From NCBI GenBank assembly GCA_026770705.1, contig JANJGN010000035.1, positions 13,578,001 through 13,642,000 of the forward strand: 64,000 bases of DNA, read 5' to 3'. The position numbers and the translations under genes are program-made. Positions 1-12,454 of this stretch are shown here, piece after piece. The stretch comes from Isurus oxyrinchus. Lineage: Eukaryota. Numbering within the stretch: position 1 is the stretch's first letter; each line of letters starts with the position of its first letter. A model generated the notes under the pieces. That model was not told the origin of the DNA and did not search any database. It saw only the letters and a program-made list of their open reading frames with translations.

Positions 1-59
1 GCTTCATGCAAAGGCTGCTGAATCCTCTGAATTCAGGTCGCAGGTGAAATGCGGTACTC

Positions 60-880
60 CTTGATTATATTCAAGTCAATGACGGCATTTCCCTGTGTTC
101 TGTGAGATCAGAGGGATTTGAAGACTGATCAAGAAGGTACAATTGGGAGAGACAATAATTGACTAAGATATTGAATGGAGGAGAATTCGTGAAGGCCGGG
201 AGAAGCTACTCGTGCTCCCGTTTCTGATACTCCAAGGGACACTCATCAGAGCGTCAAGCTGGATTATGTTGAGCTGGCGTGGTAGGAGTTCATTTTCAGT
301 AGCATCTTTCCACTTAGTAATCGGTTAATTCGTCGCACGGATTGCGAACCGCGTCCTTCTGTTGTCTCCAGTATGCTTAAATTAAGAGTAGGCTGTTGGA
401 GATACTCATAGTGTTAAAACGGTTATACTTAGAAAAAAAACAGCTTTTTAAAATTAGTTTTCGCCCATATGAGAACAGAGAAGAGGAGAGTTTATCTCGC
501 ACTGAGGGTTGTGCAACATTGGATCTCTACCTCAACAGGTGGCGGAGGCGGGGTGGTGTGGGCGTCACTGAATATATTCATGTCGGAGGGAGATGGCTCT
601 TTGTATGAAATCAAAACGCTGCGGATGCTGGAAATCTGAAACAAAAACAGAAAATGCTTGTAAAACTCAGCTGGGCAAAAGGCATCTGTGGAAGGATAAA
701 AAAAGTGTTAAAGTTTCGAGTCCGTATAACTCTTCGTCAGAGTTTAGATTCTTGTTCGGAAGGGAATCAATGTTACGGGGAGCTGTGACTCTAAATGTGA
801 TTGTGGAACTCAAAACACAAACAGATCAGAGCCATCGACGTCTTGAAGGGGGGAGAAAGCTCGAAGGGGCCGGTAGAATA
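60..880 (+). mobile_element. Degenerate CR1-type LINE 3' fragments, interrupted by a Penelope-type end at ~605-745
   Basis: CR1-like 3' tail text (attgaatggaggag...ctactcgtgctccc; gagggttgtgcaacattggatctct...gagtttagattcttgtt). Paralogue at ~48290-48990. Confidence 0.6.
605..745 (-). mobile_element. Penelope-like element terminal fragment carrying a hammerhead-like core
   Basis: gatgctggaaatctgaaacaaaaacagaaaatgct...ggcatctgtgg is the same end motif that terminates the Penelope element at ~42300. Minus strand reads CTGACGA-AGAGTTATACGGACTC-GAAA. Confidence 0.65.
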
Positions 881-1638
881 GGAAGATCTAGGTCAATCAA
901 GCGGCAAGTCAGGATATACTTTATCTGGCAGAAAGGCTCGCTGGAAATAATCAACACGATTCTCAAAAAAAAGGTCAAACTTTTGAAGATTTGACGGATA
1001 TGAACGCTTCTTAATACATTCTGAAGCTAATGGCAATCTGTTGCATTCAGACAGCGGCAGTTTCGGAGTCTACCGCTTACACTAACGCGGTTCACACAAG
1101 TTGAATGCATGGAGTGAACGAATAAGCCAAAAATTAATTTGAATCCAGAACACTCAAATATAGGTTTGAATCCTCTTGCAACCCAGCAATCTTTTAGTTC
1201 GGCCAAAGAGCTTCAATGTCTGTCAAAAGATATCACATCTTCCCCATATATTGTCTTTCATTTCCAGAAATCGGCCCGCCACAGACCATTTGCAGCACAC
1301 GCAGACCCACTCGCTCCTCCACAAAGATATTCTGCCTGTCCCCAATCCTCGCTGTTCCACACTGCCGCGTAAAGTGACAACTGTTATTTCCCTAGTTTCC
1401 GTTATGGGCGTCCCAATCTTTTGAAGATCACGTTCATTAAAATACCGCGAATTTGCAGCAAGCACAGCCGGAACGTTAGAAATTGACGGATGATGTATTT
1501 ACAGTTGCTGAATAATGTAATGTGTTGTTAGGCCTGGGAACGTGCGATGTGATTCACTTTTAAATCGTCTCATTGTCACTTGAGCGAATCACATCATTTC
1601 TGAGCAGTCATTAGATTTTAGCAGAGTGATATCTTCCT

Positions 1639-1676
1639 TCAAATATTGCAAGTTTTACCATCTTCCCCCGCGTTTC
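1639..1676 (-). pseudogene. Candidate terminal coding exon (G)NAGEDGKTCNI*
   Basis: Acceptor tttcag at 1677-1682. The paralogue at 49474-49511 has the same length, the same stop and a synonymous TGC/TGT change. Confidence 0.35.
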
Positions 1677-2009
1677 CTGAAATCCTATCGATTACTCCAT
1701 CCTTGCTTGCGGATTTCGCTCTAAGGTCACAGCGACATGGTAGCTCAATATCGCCTATTGCACCTGACTATCAGGAAATGAACTAGCGGCATGAAGGCCA
1801 AGCTGCAGAAAGGCAAGTTAGATCCTCATTTGTTAGGACTTCATTCGTAAAGCTTCGTAAACAGCGAAAGGATAACCGTCAGGTGACAGACCCTTACTCA
1901 AGAGGTTCAAAACTGACCACCCTGGGATGAATGTAAAGTTAAAAGAAGAGCCACAAAGTTTGTGATTTTTGGAGTACGAATGAAAACGAATAGGTTCTGC
2001 AGACTTTTA

Positions 2010-2370
2010 AAATTCAGTTATGGGATGTGGGCTCCGCTGGCTGGGCCAGCATTTGTTGCCCTTCCGTAATTAACCCGGGATAACGTGGCGCTTACCTGTG
2101 TGGCTGAACGATGCTGTGGCGTCGGTACAACCACAGTGCTGATGTGAGGGGAGTTTCATCATTTTGACCCAGCCACAGTGAAATTACGGCCACCATACTT
2201 CAGAGTCAGCGTGCTGAGTGAATTGGAGGGTGGGTCGTCCAGGAGGTGGTGTCCCCATATACCCGCTGCCTTTCTCCTTGCAGATAGCACTGCTCGTGGG
2301 TTTATAAGATGCTGTTGAATAAGCCTTGGTGAATTCCTGCCTGTGCACTTGTTTCTTCTGTTCCGAGCAT
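2010..2370 (-). mobile_element. HER1/CR1-like LINE 3' end
   Basis: gggatgtgggctccgctggctgggccagcatttgttgccc...ttttgacccagccacagtgaa is the reverse of the 3' tail seen at 25270-25400. Confidence 0.7.
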
Positions 2371-2469
2371 CTGAATGACAATTCAATTAAAAGTCTCATA
2401 TACTCTCTGCAGCTGACACGCGGCGTGAGTAATTCCTGCATTTTCCCTTTCCAATTCGATATTACAGAG

Positions 2470-3445
2470 AGTTGAGAATTGTGAGAGGTGATCTCACTGA
2501 AGCGCGCAACATTTCAAGGAATTTGACAGGATAGATTTTTGAAGGGTGTTCCCTATGCCTGGGGATACTAACTATATGACTCTGGGTAATAGGAAAATAA
2601 AGAAACGAGGACAGGTGGCAGTATTGAATTAGGAGATCATTGCAGTGGTGGAGGTAAAAAAAAAGTAACAGAGTGTTTAAGGACTGTATTTATTTAGCCA
2701 GAGTTAAGGAACAAAAAGCTACACTGACATGTCCCGGTGTAGTGTACATGCCACCAACTATTGGAAAGAATGTAGAAACCAATATTGACTGAAACGAGAG
2801 AGAAGGGGAGAATTACAAAGCTGTTTCATCAGGTGATGTAATTATCCTAATATAGACTGAGATAATACTGATGAAAATGGCTGAGAGAGGCAACAATTCC
2901 TCGGATGTATTCGGGATAGAATGCTATCGTCTATAGTCCAATGACAAATGATGAATTCTCAGCCTCGTTCTTGGGATTGAGATGAATAAAACGGATCAAG
3001 AAACAGTAATTAATAATTCGGAGGGCAAATATATTGACCTGTTAACATTTAGGTTGTCTATGGAAAAAGATAACTGGCAATGCAATATACCATTAAATCA
3101 CTGGGGGAAAGCCATGTGATATTACGTAAGAATGTATTTGGCTCTAATACATAAAAATTAACAATTGCCTGGCCATATGGTAATAAAACTATCGTCTTCA
3201 TTTTAGGATGAGATATCCCAAGCACAATCAACGTACATTCCCATGAAGGGGAAAGGCAGGTCTAATCAACATCAAGTTTTTTTCTATGCGAAAGAGATAG
3301 AGATTGAGAGGAACTGGATGAAGTGTGATTATGTCGGCAGTCAGTTGAATATTGTAACAAGGAAGAGGGCTGAATTCAGAAGGTTCAAAAGGGAACTGAA
3401 AAACCAAATATGAGAAGCAAACAGGAAGTGTGAGAAGAGACTTCT
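2470..3445 (+). mobile_element. Degenerate CR1 LINE ORF2 fragments (endonuclease/linker region)
   Basis: CR1-like text gtagtgtacatgccaccaact, taattatcctaatatagactg, aggttcaaaagggaactgaaaaacc; many stops. Confidence 0.6.
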
Positions 3446-3529
3446 GAACCCATTCACCTCCTCCCCAACTGCACCAGTAGGAAGTGCTGCAGTCCCCACC
3501 ATGACATATGACCATACAATCAACGATCA

Positions 3530-4050
3530 TGAGTAGTCCATTCTGCCTCTTGAGCCCGCTCCAGTGTTCAGTAGAATCATGACTAGCCTGATACGAGCCT
3601 CAAATCTGCACTACGGCCTACCCCCGATAACATTTAATCCCCTTGCTTGCAATTACTCTATCCGCCATTGCCTTCAAAGTATTCAAATACTCTGCTGCCA
3701 CTGCCATTACTGGAACAGAGCTCCAAAGACCCCGAACTCTCTGAGAAAAAAAAAAATCGACTGATGTCCGTTTTCAATTAAAAACTCCTTAATAAAAACA
3801 GCAAACCCTTGTTTCAGTATCTCACAGAAGAGGAAACATCTTCTAGACATCCACACTGTTAAGACCTCTCAGGATCTTTCAGGTTTCAATCAGGTCGCAC
3901 ATTTGTCTTTTGATCTCAGCGGCTCAATCCCAACCTGTCCATTGGTTCCTCATGAGACAACTGGCCCAATCCAGGTGTTAGCCTGGTAATCCCTCACTGA
4001 ACTGTTCCCAAAGCACTTTCATGTTTCCTTAAATAAGGTGAACAATAGTG
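3530..4050 (-). mobile_element. CR1 LINE 3' fragment
   Basis: Reverse CR1 tail (gagtagtccattctgcctcttgagcccgctcc...acatccacactgttaagacctctcagg). Paralogue at 56680-57170. Confidence 0.7.
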
Positions 4051-5749
4051 TAAACTTGCCCCCGCCCTCCTCCCTGTAATGTCAGCTGTAAATCTTACCC
4101 CTCCCCGCAAACAATTTCCAAAGAGGCCAAGCAGGGGAGGGGAGCAGGTTGGGTGAAATGTGAACCAGTGAGGTTTCCCCAGCAATAGGAGTGAGAACAG
4201 GGCAGGTGAGGGTGGGTCGGCCCCACCTCCACGACCAACGCATTCCTTCTCTTCCACCACCAACAAACCAGTCCGTTCGCTGTCAGTGAGGTTGTTATTT
4301 TACTGCAACCCCTCTCTAAGCTGTAGAAAGCTGCAGCGGGGGTGGGTGTGCTGGGAGGGTGGGGGGGGGGGGGTGGTGTTGCGCAACGCTGTGGCATTAC
4401 TCTCCTTCCTACAGAGATCCCACCTTTGACACCAGCAATTGCCCAATGACTCAGGCAGTACCCGGGCCGTAAATCACCAAGCCCGCCCCCTGGGCGGCTG
4501 CATCGCCCACGAACACCGATAACACTATGGGGGATTTGTGGTGCCTTGATGATCATTGGCTCACCCGTTCGACAATCAGCAACTCATAGGTTTCCAGTTG
4601 GCAATCTTAATTCTGCCGAATTTTCTTCCAAATTCAGCAGCTCGTCTTTTGCACGATATTCTCAATTTAAATAAAATTTAATCAGAATCCCATCTGTCCC
4701 ATGGCGGAAAATGGAACAATCCACGTTTGTGGTTTCCAGTATTTAAAGTAATATGAGTACAGTTATTGCTGCAATATTTTCACAAGTAAGATACTCTCAA
4801 TCTGGATTACTTCAATATCTCAGGTGTTCATTTTGAATTGATGACAATGTGACCCCTTGCTCAATTAATGAAGGATTGGTTAACAGTGGAACAGGCCAGT
4901 GGGAGATCAATTGGACTGAATCACCTGATAGGCAGGGAACCAATGCCAGGCTAAAACCTCTTTAATTCAGTTTTTCCACGTAATAATAAAAAGTAATGTT
5001 ATCATGAAATCGTACCGAATTTAATAGCATTTAGGGAAAATCTAGTTTGAGGATAAAGCCGATACAATGATGATTTTGTATATTGTCCCGCCGCCCCTCC
5101 CCTCCTACCACAGCTATGATTTGATAATGACCCTGTTGCGGGAGGGAGGGGTTTCAGGTGACGTTGGAGTATATCTCATCCCCAATCCCCAATCCGCAGC
5201 CCTCCCCCACTCCCGTCCTGCATTAATTGATGACAAGTTTATTCAGAGACTCAGCAACAGGGAGCTCTGAGTTATTGTTGGCTTTTTGTTCCATGATGCT
5301 GGTCATAATCACACTTTAACAATCGAAGGATGGGGACTCTTCAATAGGCAGGAAGGTGGAGTTGCCCACAATCAGATTAGACATGATTTGCAGAGTAGAC
5401 TCGATGTGCCAAATGGCCTTACCCCTGCTCCAATTGCTTAAGGTTTTGTTGCCATTGGACGTCGGTTTCGTTCCAATGTCGCTGAGCTATTAATGCCGAG
5501 ACCCAGGCTAATGTACGGGGGAGATGGTGGAATTTAATGTCCTGCGGTGGAATTTATAGTCGATTGCGAAGGCTGCCTGTGCAACAGTATTGGTTTTGAT
5601 TGGTTCTTTGAAATATCGCATAACATCCCAAAATTAAAAAGATTCAGAATGTCCTTATTCAAAAGTAAACCCTTCTCGCGTGAATGAAGACAATCAAACC
5701 TCACTTTCTGTATACAATCCTCCAAGTCTTACCACCCACAATGCGTTGG

Positions 5750-7930
5750 TAGACTTATTTAGCCTCTGCAACCTGCGCTATTTCTTTAAAAAAAACGCCT
5801 AGGCCCTCTCTTTGTATAAATGTGGCTTTGCTCAAAACTCTCCCAAGCACTGAATTCCTTCCTCACCCTATAAATCCCCGAGCTACAAAAAACGTCCATA
5901 TGCCTTGAACATCCACTAGCCGCTGCAACTCTGCCAACCGCTTTACAATCCATCAACACCGCCCTATTTTTGGAAATGGCTTCAGGCCCTAAAATCAGTC
6001 CTCTAACCTTATATTCATTCACCTCCACAATCCTGCGTACACTACAATATGCTTGAGCTACTAATATCGTCCCTATCTCTGTACCCTCCACTATCACATA
6101 ATATTCTGCACAACTCTGAATACTTCTCCAGCTGCTACAGCGCTCCCAATGCCGGCTGGCATCTTCTGCTGGAAAATCAACCCTAACAGTCTCTGTAACA
6201 CCTTCCATTCTCAAAATGTCCTCTTATTTCTGTAAACTACTCCAGCACCTTCAAACCTGCAATTGCCTGATGCCCTAAATCTCTATCACACCATCTTGGT
6301 AACTTTTCCAGCCCCACAGCTTCCTTATAGTTTTAAACTTCCCCATCTCTTACATCACTCCCTACCTCTATAATCTCCCCTAGTCCCAGCAATCCTCCCT
6401 ATCGCAGAAAGTTCTACACCACCTTCCAACACTCCTTCTATAATTAATTTATTTTAGTTCCAAATAACCTACCTACCTCTGTTACATGCAAGGCCCTCAA
6501 TAACAATCACTGTCTGTAAATTCATCCAGATCTTGAAAATAGCACTATTTCTATACCTACCAAAAGCCCCTATAACCCGAGCATTCTCTGAAAACTGATC
6601 CACTTACCACACTGCCTATCTCTGTGACCTCCTTCAGACCCTTACACCCTCTATACTACTCATCCAAACGCTTGTAGAACTATGATTCCTTGTAAGAATC
6701 TCCTGGCGTTCAACGTTCGGTATCTCTGTAACCTCCCCCAGCCATTAAACACTTTTTAAGTCTGGAATCTCCCTCAGCCTCAGAAACCCTTCTTATCTCT
6801 GTAACCTCCTCCTGCCTCTACAATCTTCCCTACATCTGTGGTCTACTCCAGCCCCTCCAACGATCCCTGTATATGTAACATCCTCCAGCCCCTACAACGT
6901 CGACAAATGTCACCTCCACCATCCCCTACAAATGTTCCACTGTCTGAAATAGTCTGCTGCCAATACAACTCTCTGTAACTCGGTAAACCTAGTCCAACAA
7001 CTATCATTTTTCCATCTATTATATCCTCCAGCCCCAGGAAATATTCCAACTTTGTAAACCTCTCCAGACCCTACATCCCTCCCATTCTAAGTTACCACCT
7101 CTTGCACCTCCAACCCATCCTAACTCTGCCAACTGCTCCATCGCCGACAGAGCTTCCTATCAGTTTAACTTCCTAAAGCCCACACAACACCTATATCATT
7201 GTCCCTCCTCCAGCCCCCACAGCCGTCTCCCTCTCTGTAACATCCTTCGACCCCGACAACCCCTCCTACCAATGTAACATCCAGTAGTCCCACAACACTC
7301 CCCATCCGTGTTATCAAGTCCAGCCCCTGCAAAACTCTCTGTTTCTGTAAACTACTCCGTGCCCTAATTGCCTCCCAATCTATGTCTCCTTGTTCATCTC
7401 CTATGCACACCAAAGTCCGTAACCTTCTCAAATCCTGCAGTTTACCCTCTGTTTTTAATCTCCGCCAGCCACTGCAACCCTCCCTAAATGTGCAGCCAAC
7501 TCCAGCACATACAACCCTGCCTAACTGTGAAGCATCCTCTAGCAGCTTCAACCCTCCCTATCTCTACAACCTCCTCTAGCCCTTAAAACCCGCCCAATCT
7601 CTGTAACCTCCTCCAGCTACTTCAAACCTCCCTATCTCTGCAACCTGCACTAGCCCCTACAGCCCTCCCGATAACTGTAACGTCCTGCAGCTCATACACC
7701 TCCCGAACTCCGTAATTTCATCCAAAACCTGCTGCTTTGCGTCGCTCTGTAACCCCTTAACCATCAAACGCTCTCTATCTCTGTAACTTCCTCCAGCTAA
7801 TGCACCCCTCCCTAACTATGCAGCTTCCTCCAGCTCCTACAACCCATTCTAACTCTGTAACCTCCTCCAGTGCCTATAACTGTACCCTCCTCAGTAGACT
7901 TCTCCAGCCCAAACATCCACCCCATCTCTA
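5750..7930 (+). repeat. Degenerate ~37-bp minisatellite, consensus ~CCCTCCCTATCTCTGTAACCTCCTCCAGCCCCTACAA
   Basis: ctatctctgtaacctcctccagccc recurs with ~37-bp spacing (e.g. 7626-7700). Confidence 0.85.
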
Positions 7931-8169
7931 TGCTTTTAGTGGCAGCTTTTTTATGCAACTTGGCTGCAACGTTTTCTATATTTCAACAATAACTTTATTT
8001 TAAAAGAAGTGATTAAATATCGCTATTTTATTTTTGGCATATTATATTTCATGAAATGCAATTTTTTCTTATTTATCTGTTGCATCATTAGTCCCTCAAA
8101 ACAGTGATTCCCGCAAAATACAAATCCAATGGAAGGAGTACTTTTCACAGTTATTTGGACAGCACTATG

Positions 8170-9820
8170 TACACTAAGTAGGGCAAGGAGGTTTAGGTTT
8201 CATGCTACTGGGCTAATTATCCAGCGTCCAGAGGTTCAGGAGTTATGTTACTGTACTAATAATCCAGGGGACAGTAGTTCACGTGTTATGTTACTGAACT
8301 AATTATCCAAGGAAGATTCGTGTAGTTTTTTATGTTATTTAACTAATTACCCGTGGTACATTTGCAAATTGATTATATTACTGCAACAAAAAATCCATGT
8401 TACAGGAGCGTAGGTATTATGTCACTGCACTACCAATCCAGGGTACCGGGCTGTTGGGGTTAAATTACTGGACTAATAATCCAGTGAACAATTGTGTAGC
8501 TTTTATATTATTTGACTAATAATCTGGAGTATGTTTGTGTAAGGATGATGTTACTGGACTAGAAATCCAGATACAGTTTCGTCGGGATTATGTTACTGGA
8601 TGAATAATCCATGGTTCAAGAGTGTAGATATTTTGTTACTGGACTAATAATGCTGAGTACAGGATCGTAGGAATTATATCACTGGAATGCAAATCCAGGG
8701 TTTAGGAATGTTGGTGTTATGTTAATCGGCTAATAATACAGGGTTCCATAGTGTCAGTTTCATGTTACTGGACTATCAATCCAGGATAAAGAAGTGCAGA
8801 TGTTATGTTACTCTAAAAATAATACTGGGTATAATGGTTTAAGGGTTATGTTACTGCACTAAAACTCCAGGGTACAGTGGTTTACCAGTTATGTTAATGG
8901 ACTAATCATCCATGGCTCAGCAGAGTACGGGTTATGCTGCTGGATTTATAATCCATGTTACAGTAGTTCAGGGATTATTTTTATAGGATTTATAATCCAG
9001 GGAACAGTACAGTTTAGGTTATGTCACTGGACTACTAATACAGTGTACCGGGCTGTTGGGATTATGTTACTGAGCTAATAAAACAGGGAACATAGGTGTT
9101 GCTTTTCTGTTATTGGGCTAATAATCCGGGGTATGTTTGTGTGGGGATGATGTTATTGGACTAGAAATCCATGGTACAGTTTTGTAGTTACTTTATTACT
9201 GGTTAATAATCCAGTGTACAAGATTATAGGAATTATGTCACTGGACTACTAATCCAGGATACAGGACTGTTGGTGTTATGTTAATCGTCTAATAACCAAG
9301 GGTTCTGAAGTGTCAGTTTTATGTTACTGGACTATCAATCCAGGGTACAGAAGTGCAGAGATTATGTTACTGTACAAATAATACTGGGTACAGTGGTTTA
9401 AGGGTTATGTTACCGCATTAATAATCCAGGATACAGTGGTTTAAAGGTTATGTTAGTAGATTAATAATCCAGGGCGAAGCAGTGTAGTGGTTATGTTGCA
9501 GGACTAATAATCCAGATTAAAGTTGTTCAGGGATTATTTTATCGGACTAATAATCCAGGGAACAGTCCATTTGGGTTTGTGTCACTGGACTAATAATCCA
9601 CAGTGCAACATTTTGGGGAATAGTTTTACTAGACTAATAATCCACGGTACAGTTGTTCAGTGATTATTTTACAGCACTAATAACCCAGGCAGTAGTGCTG
9701 TTGAGGTTATGTTACTGGACTAATAATCATGGGTACAGTAGTGTGATTGTTATTTCCTGGATTTATAATCCAAAATACGTTAGTTTGAGGGCGCTATTAC
9801 TGGACTAATCGTCTACCTAA
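8170..9820 (+). repeat. Degenerate 43-bp minisatellite, consensus ~GGGTTATGTTACTGGACTAATAATCCAGGGTACAGTAGTGTAG
   Basis: ttatgtta recurs at 9362, 9405 and 9448 (period 43); no unique spacers. Confidence 0.9.
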
Positions 9821-9839
9821 CAATAGTGCTCTTGCTTTT

Positions 9840-10110
9840 TAAAAAATTCCTACGGGATGTGGGCATAGCTGGCTAGGTCTGCATTTTGGTCCATCTCCAG
9901 CTGCTCTTGTGAAGGTAGTGGTGATACACCTTTATGATCGGCTGCCTTCCCTGAAGTGCAGGTGCACTCACAGTGATAATAGAAAGGCAGGAGAAGGATA
10001 CTGACCCAGCGACACGGAAGGATGAGGGATATATTTCCAAGTCAGGCTGGTGAGCGTTTGGAGGGAAACTTCCAGGGAGTGGTGTTTCATGCATTTCGTT
10101 AACATGTAAA
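9840..10110 (-). mobile_element. HER1/CR1-like LINE 3' end
   Basis: gggatgtgggcatagctggctagg...atatatttccaagtcaggctggtg. Paralogue at ~61550-61800. Confidence 0.7.
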
Positions 10111-10278
10111 CCACTTGCCATTATTGATCAATGGTGCTACACTGTATTTAGTTAAAATAAACGAAGCCTTATCAACGTGAAAAAAAATATATTCATATTA
10201 AAAACATATCAAGGCAATGATGTTCGTAAGCTTTCATTGTGTTAAAAGCAGACTGAATAATAAATTATTAAAAATAAC

Positions 10279-10297
10279 CTGATGAGTTGTCTTCCTT
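10279..10297 (-). pseudogene. Candidate 19-nt micro-exon (KEDNSS-G)
   Basis: cag|AAGGAAGACAACTCATCAG|gttatt. The paralogue at 61981-61999 is also 19 nt with AG/GT; its phase-1 end fits the exon at 1639-1676. Confidence 0.3.
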
Positions 10298-10634
10298 CTG
10301 CTGGCCACACAGAACATAGGTTTCCTCGCAATTTGATTGACCCATTTCGTTAAATTCCAAACGCAAAGATGCATCAAGCATGGAGAGTCAGCTACAACAG
10401 ACGTGACAATCAATAATCATCTGCAAGACTCATTAGACATAAACGTATTTATCAGTTAATCTAAAGCCAAATGCTCAGTCGAAGAATGAAAAAAGAACCA
10501 TTTTGAGCAGACGTGCAACATTTGAGACATTGTCCCTGCATTCAGTATCTAACCAGCGCTGGAGTACAACTTCCCTCAAGTACAACTAGGATTTCCAGTA
10601 TAGAAACACCACCGCAGAAAACCTTCAACAACAA

Positions 10635-10815
10635 TGCAAGTTGGCCATTAACAAGTCCAGCCAGCAGGCGATCGAGGGTATCGTCTGACCAGATTGTCTA
10701 CGCCTCTTCCGCGGCTATGTTCACTGCCGGCCGCCCCAGGAGAGGGAGCAGGCAGTGACTGCCAGAAATTCTGCAGGTCTTCCTTGCTCGGCAGCACCGA
10801 GAGGACTGCGGTTTT
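10635..10815 (+). mobile_element. Tx1-type (L1 clade) LINE ORF2 C-terminal fragment
   Basis: Translates KLAINKSSQQAIEGIV*PDCLRLFRGYVHCR...APRGL. Paralogue at 62350-62530 reads KLSMYMTKQWAIE...LFHENVRSQVSLERDHA. Confidence 0.65.
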
Positions 10816-11029
10816 TAATTGAAACTGTTAATCATATTTCGGTTTAATTTTGTAACTTTACCTTAAAACATGTCTTCATTTTCCAGTTTCCCTGTAAGAG
10901 ACTCCGCGTTACATTGTCCATAATTTTGTTAATCTAGTTTATTTGGTTGACTCAAAACAGTTAAATGGAACAAAAAAAAGACAAATAATTGTTATTTCAG
11001 TCATTTTGTATCAGAGATCTTACGTGCTG

Positions 11030-11138
11030 CTGAAAAAAAGAGACACGTCCAAGCTTTTTGCCTCACACTTCTTTGGTAGTCTTGTGAAGTGACCTGATAA
11101 TTGCAAAATTAAAAACTTCAACATGTCTCTTTTCTCAG
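11030..11138. repeat. Imperfect ~110-bp inverted repeat made of two hammerhead-like arms
   Basis: ctgaaaaaaagagacacgtccaagcttt ... aaacttcaacatgtctcttttctcag; the paralogue at 62749-62866 is better preserved. Confidence 0.6.
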
Positions 11139-11509
11139 AAAAACTCAAGCTGTTACTTGTAATTTTGGCTTGAATGTCAGAGAAATCTTTGGGCTGGCCA
11201 TATCCAACAATGAGAGATAATGTCTGAATGGGCATTGGAGATGCTTTTATAAAATGTGGTGTGCTTTTAAATTTGTGCTCCACATGAAAGGGCATGGTAT
11301 CAGAAAGGTGGTGTTGCATACATGGCAGGTCTGCAATGGATGAGAAGGCTGGGCATCCAGGAACGGCTGTTAACTCCGCAGTGTTCAGAATGTGCCAACT
11401 CCCAACATGACAATTACCCCATTGTTCCCGAGAAGAGACATGCTTCTCAGAAAATGAGAATGGTGTACATAATATTTGCAAAACAATTTGAACAAGAAGC
11501 AGCTATTTT

Positions 11510-11880
11510 TTTTTTCTAATTTGCTCAATGGGATGTGGGCGTCACTGGCAAGGTCGGCAATAATTGCCCATCCCAAAATATATTTGTTCAGAGGGCAGTT
11601 CAGAGTCAAGCACATTGCTTTGGATCTGGAGTCGCATGTCGGTCAGACCAGGAAAGGTCTGCAGATTTCCTTCCCAAAAGAGAATCCATCAACCAGATGA
11701 GCCTTTAATCAACAATCGAATCATGGTCATCATTAGGCTTTATTTTTATTTCAGATTTGTATTGAATTCAGATTTCATTATTTGCCACGAAGGGAATTGA
11801 ACCTGGGCTCCCAGAGGATGACCATTAGCCTCTGGGATGCCAATGCAAGGGCACTAATCGAACACCACCACTCTGCATAT
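11510..11880 (-). mobile_element. HE1-like tRNA-derived SINE
   Basis: Shares the HER1-type 3' tail (gggatgtgggcgtcactggc) and a tRNA-like head (gggaattgaacctgggctcccagagg). Paralogue at ~63150-63400. Confidence 0.7.
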
Positions 11881-12454
11881 GTGATTGAGGAAACTTTTTT
11901 ACATAACGTATGGTTGAGGGCTGCAATGACTTCCCTTGAATTGTGGTGGAGGCGCTTACAATTGAGGCGTTCAAGGGGGCGTTAAATAATTATTTGAACG
12001 GAGAGAATGTGCAAGGTTCTGGGGGAAAATGAGCTTAATGGCACCTGGTGACAATGCTAATTTCCGCGCCCGTTTCAGGTGCAATGGGCAAAAAGTTTCC
12101 TGCTCTGCTATAAACATTCTGTCATATTATCAAAGGTTTCCAGGCTTGAAAACACACCAGTCGGCCGTCCACACCAGGTACCATGTGCTTTGGGCTCCAT
12201 TCACCTTTGCAGCGATTCGGATTTCATTGTACGCTTCTGGGTCACTGACATCCCAAATAGTGAGTCCAATCCTTTTACCATGCTGGAACTTTCTTCGTCT
12301 TTTCAACCCACGGGGGAACAGGCATTTCATCCACCTGAAATAAACACCATTGTAAAAGTGACCTGTACTGTGAGCTTGTAAATCCATTTTAGTAACACCA
12401 AATGATTGACGGGCCGGAGCTGATACTCGATATGCGAATTTAAACAGGCAAAAC

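Noticed and set aside
1639-1676. KTCNI* as evidence of orthology to the CD4 C-terminus (KTCSPI*)
   Set aside because: A three-residue match that chance can explain; no CxC/CxH motif.
5786-7579. ORFs of 65-142 aa inside the 37-bp array
   Set aside because: Artefacts of the minisatellite.
8170-9820. CRISPR-like array of palindromic repeats
   Set aside because: Units are contiguous 43-bp degenerate copies with no unique spacers, there are no cas genes, and the context is vertebrate.
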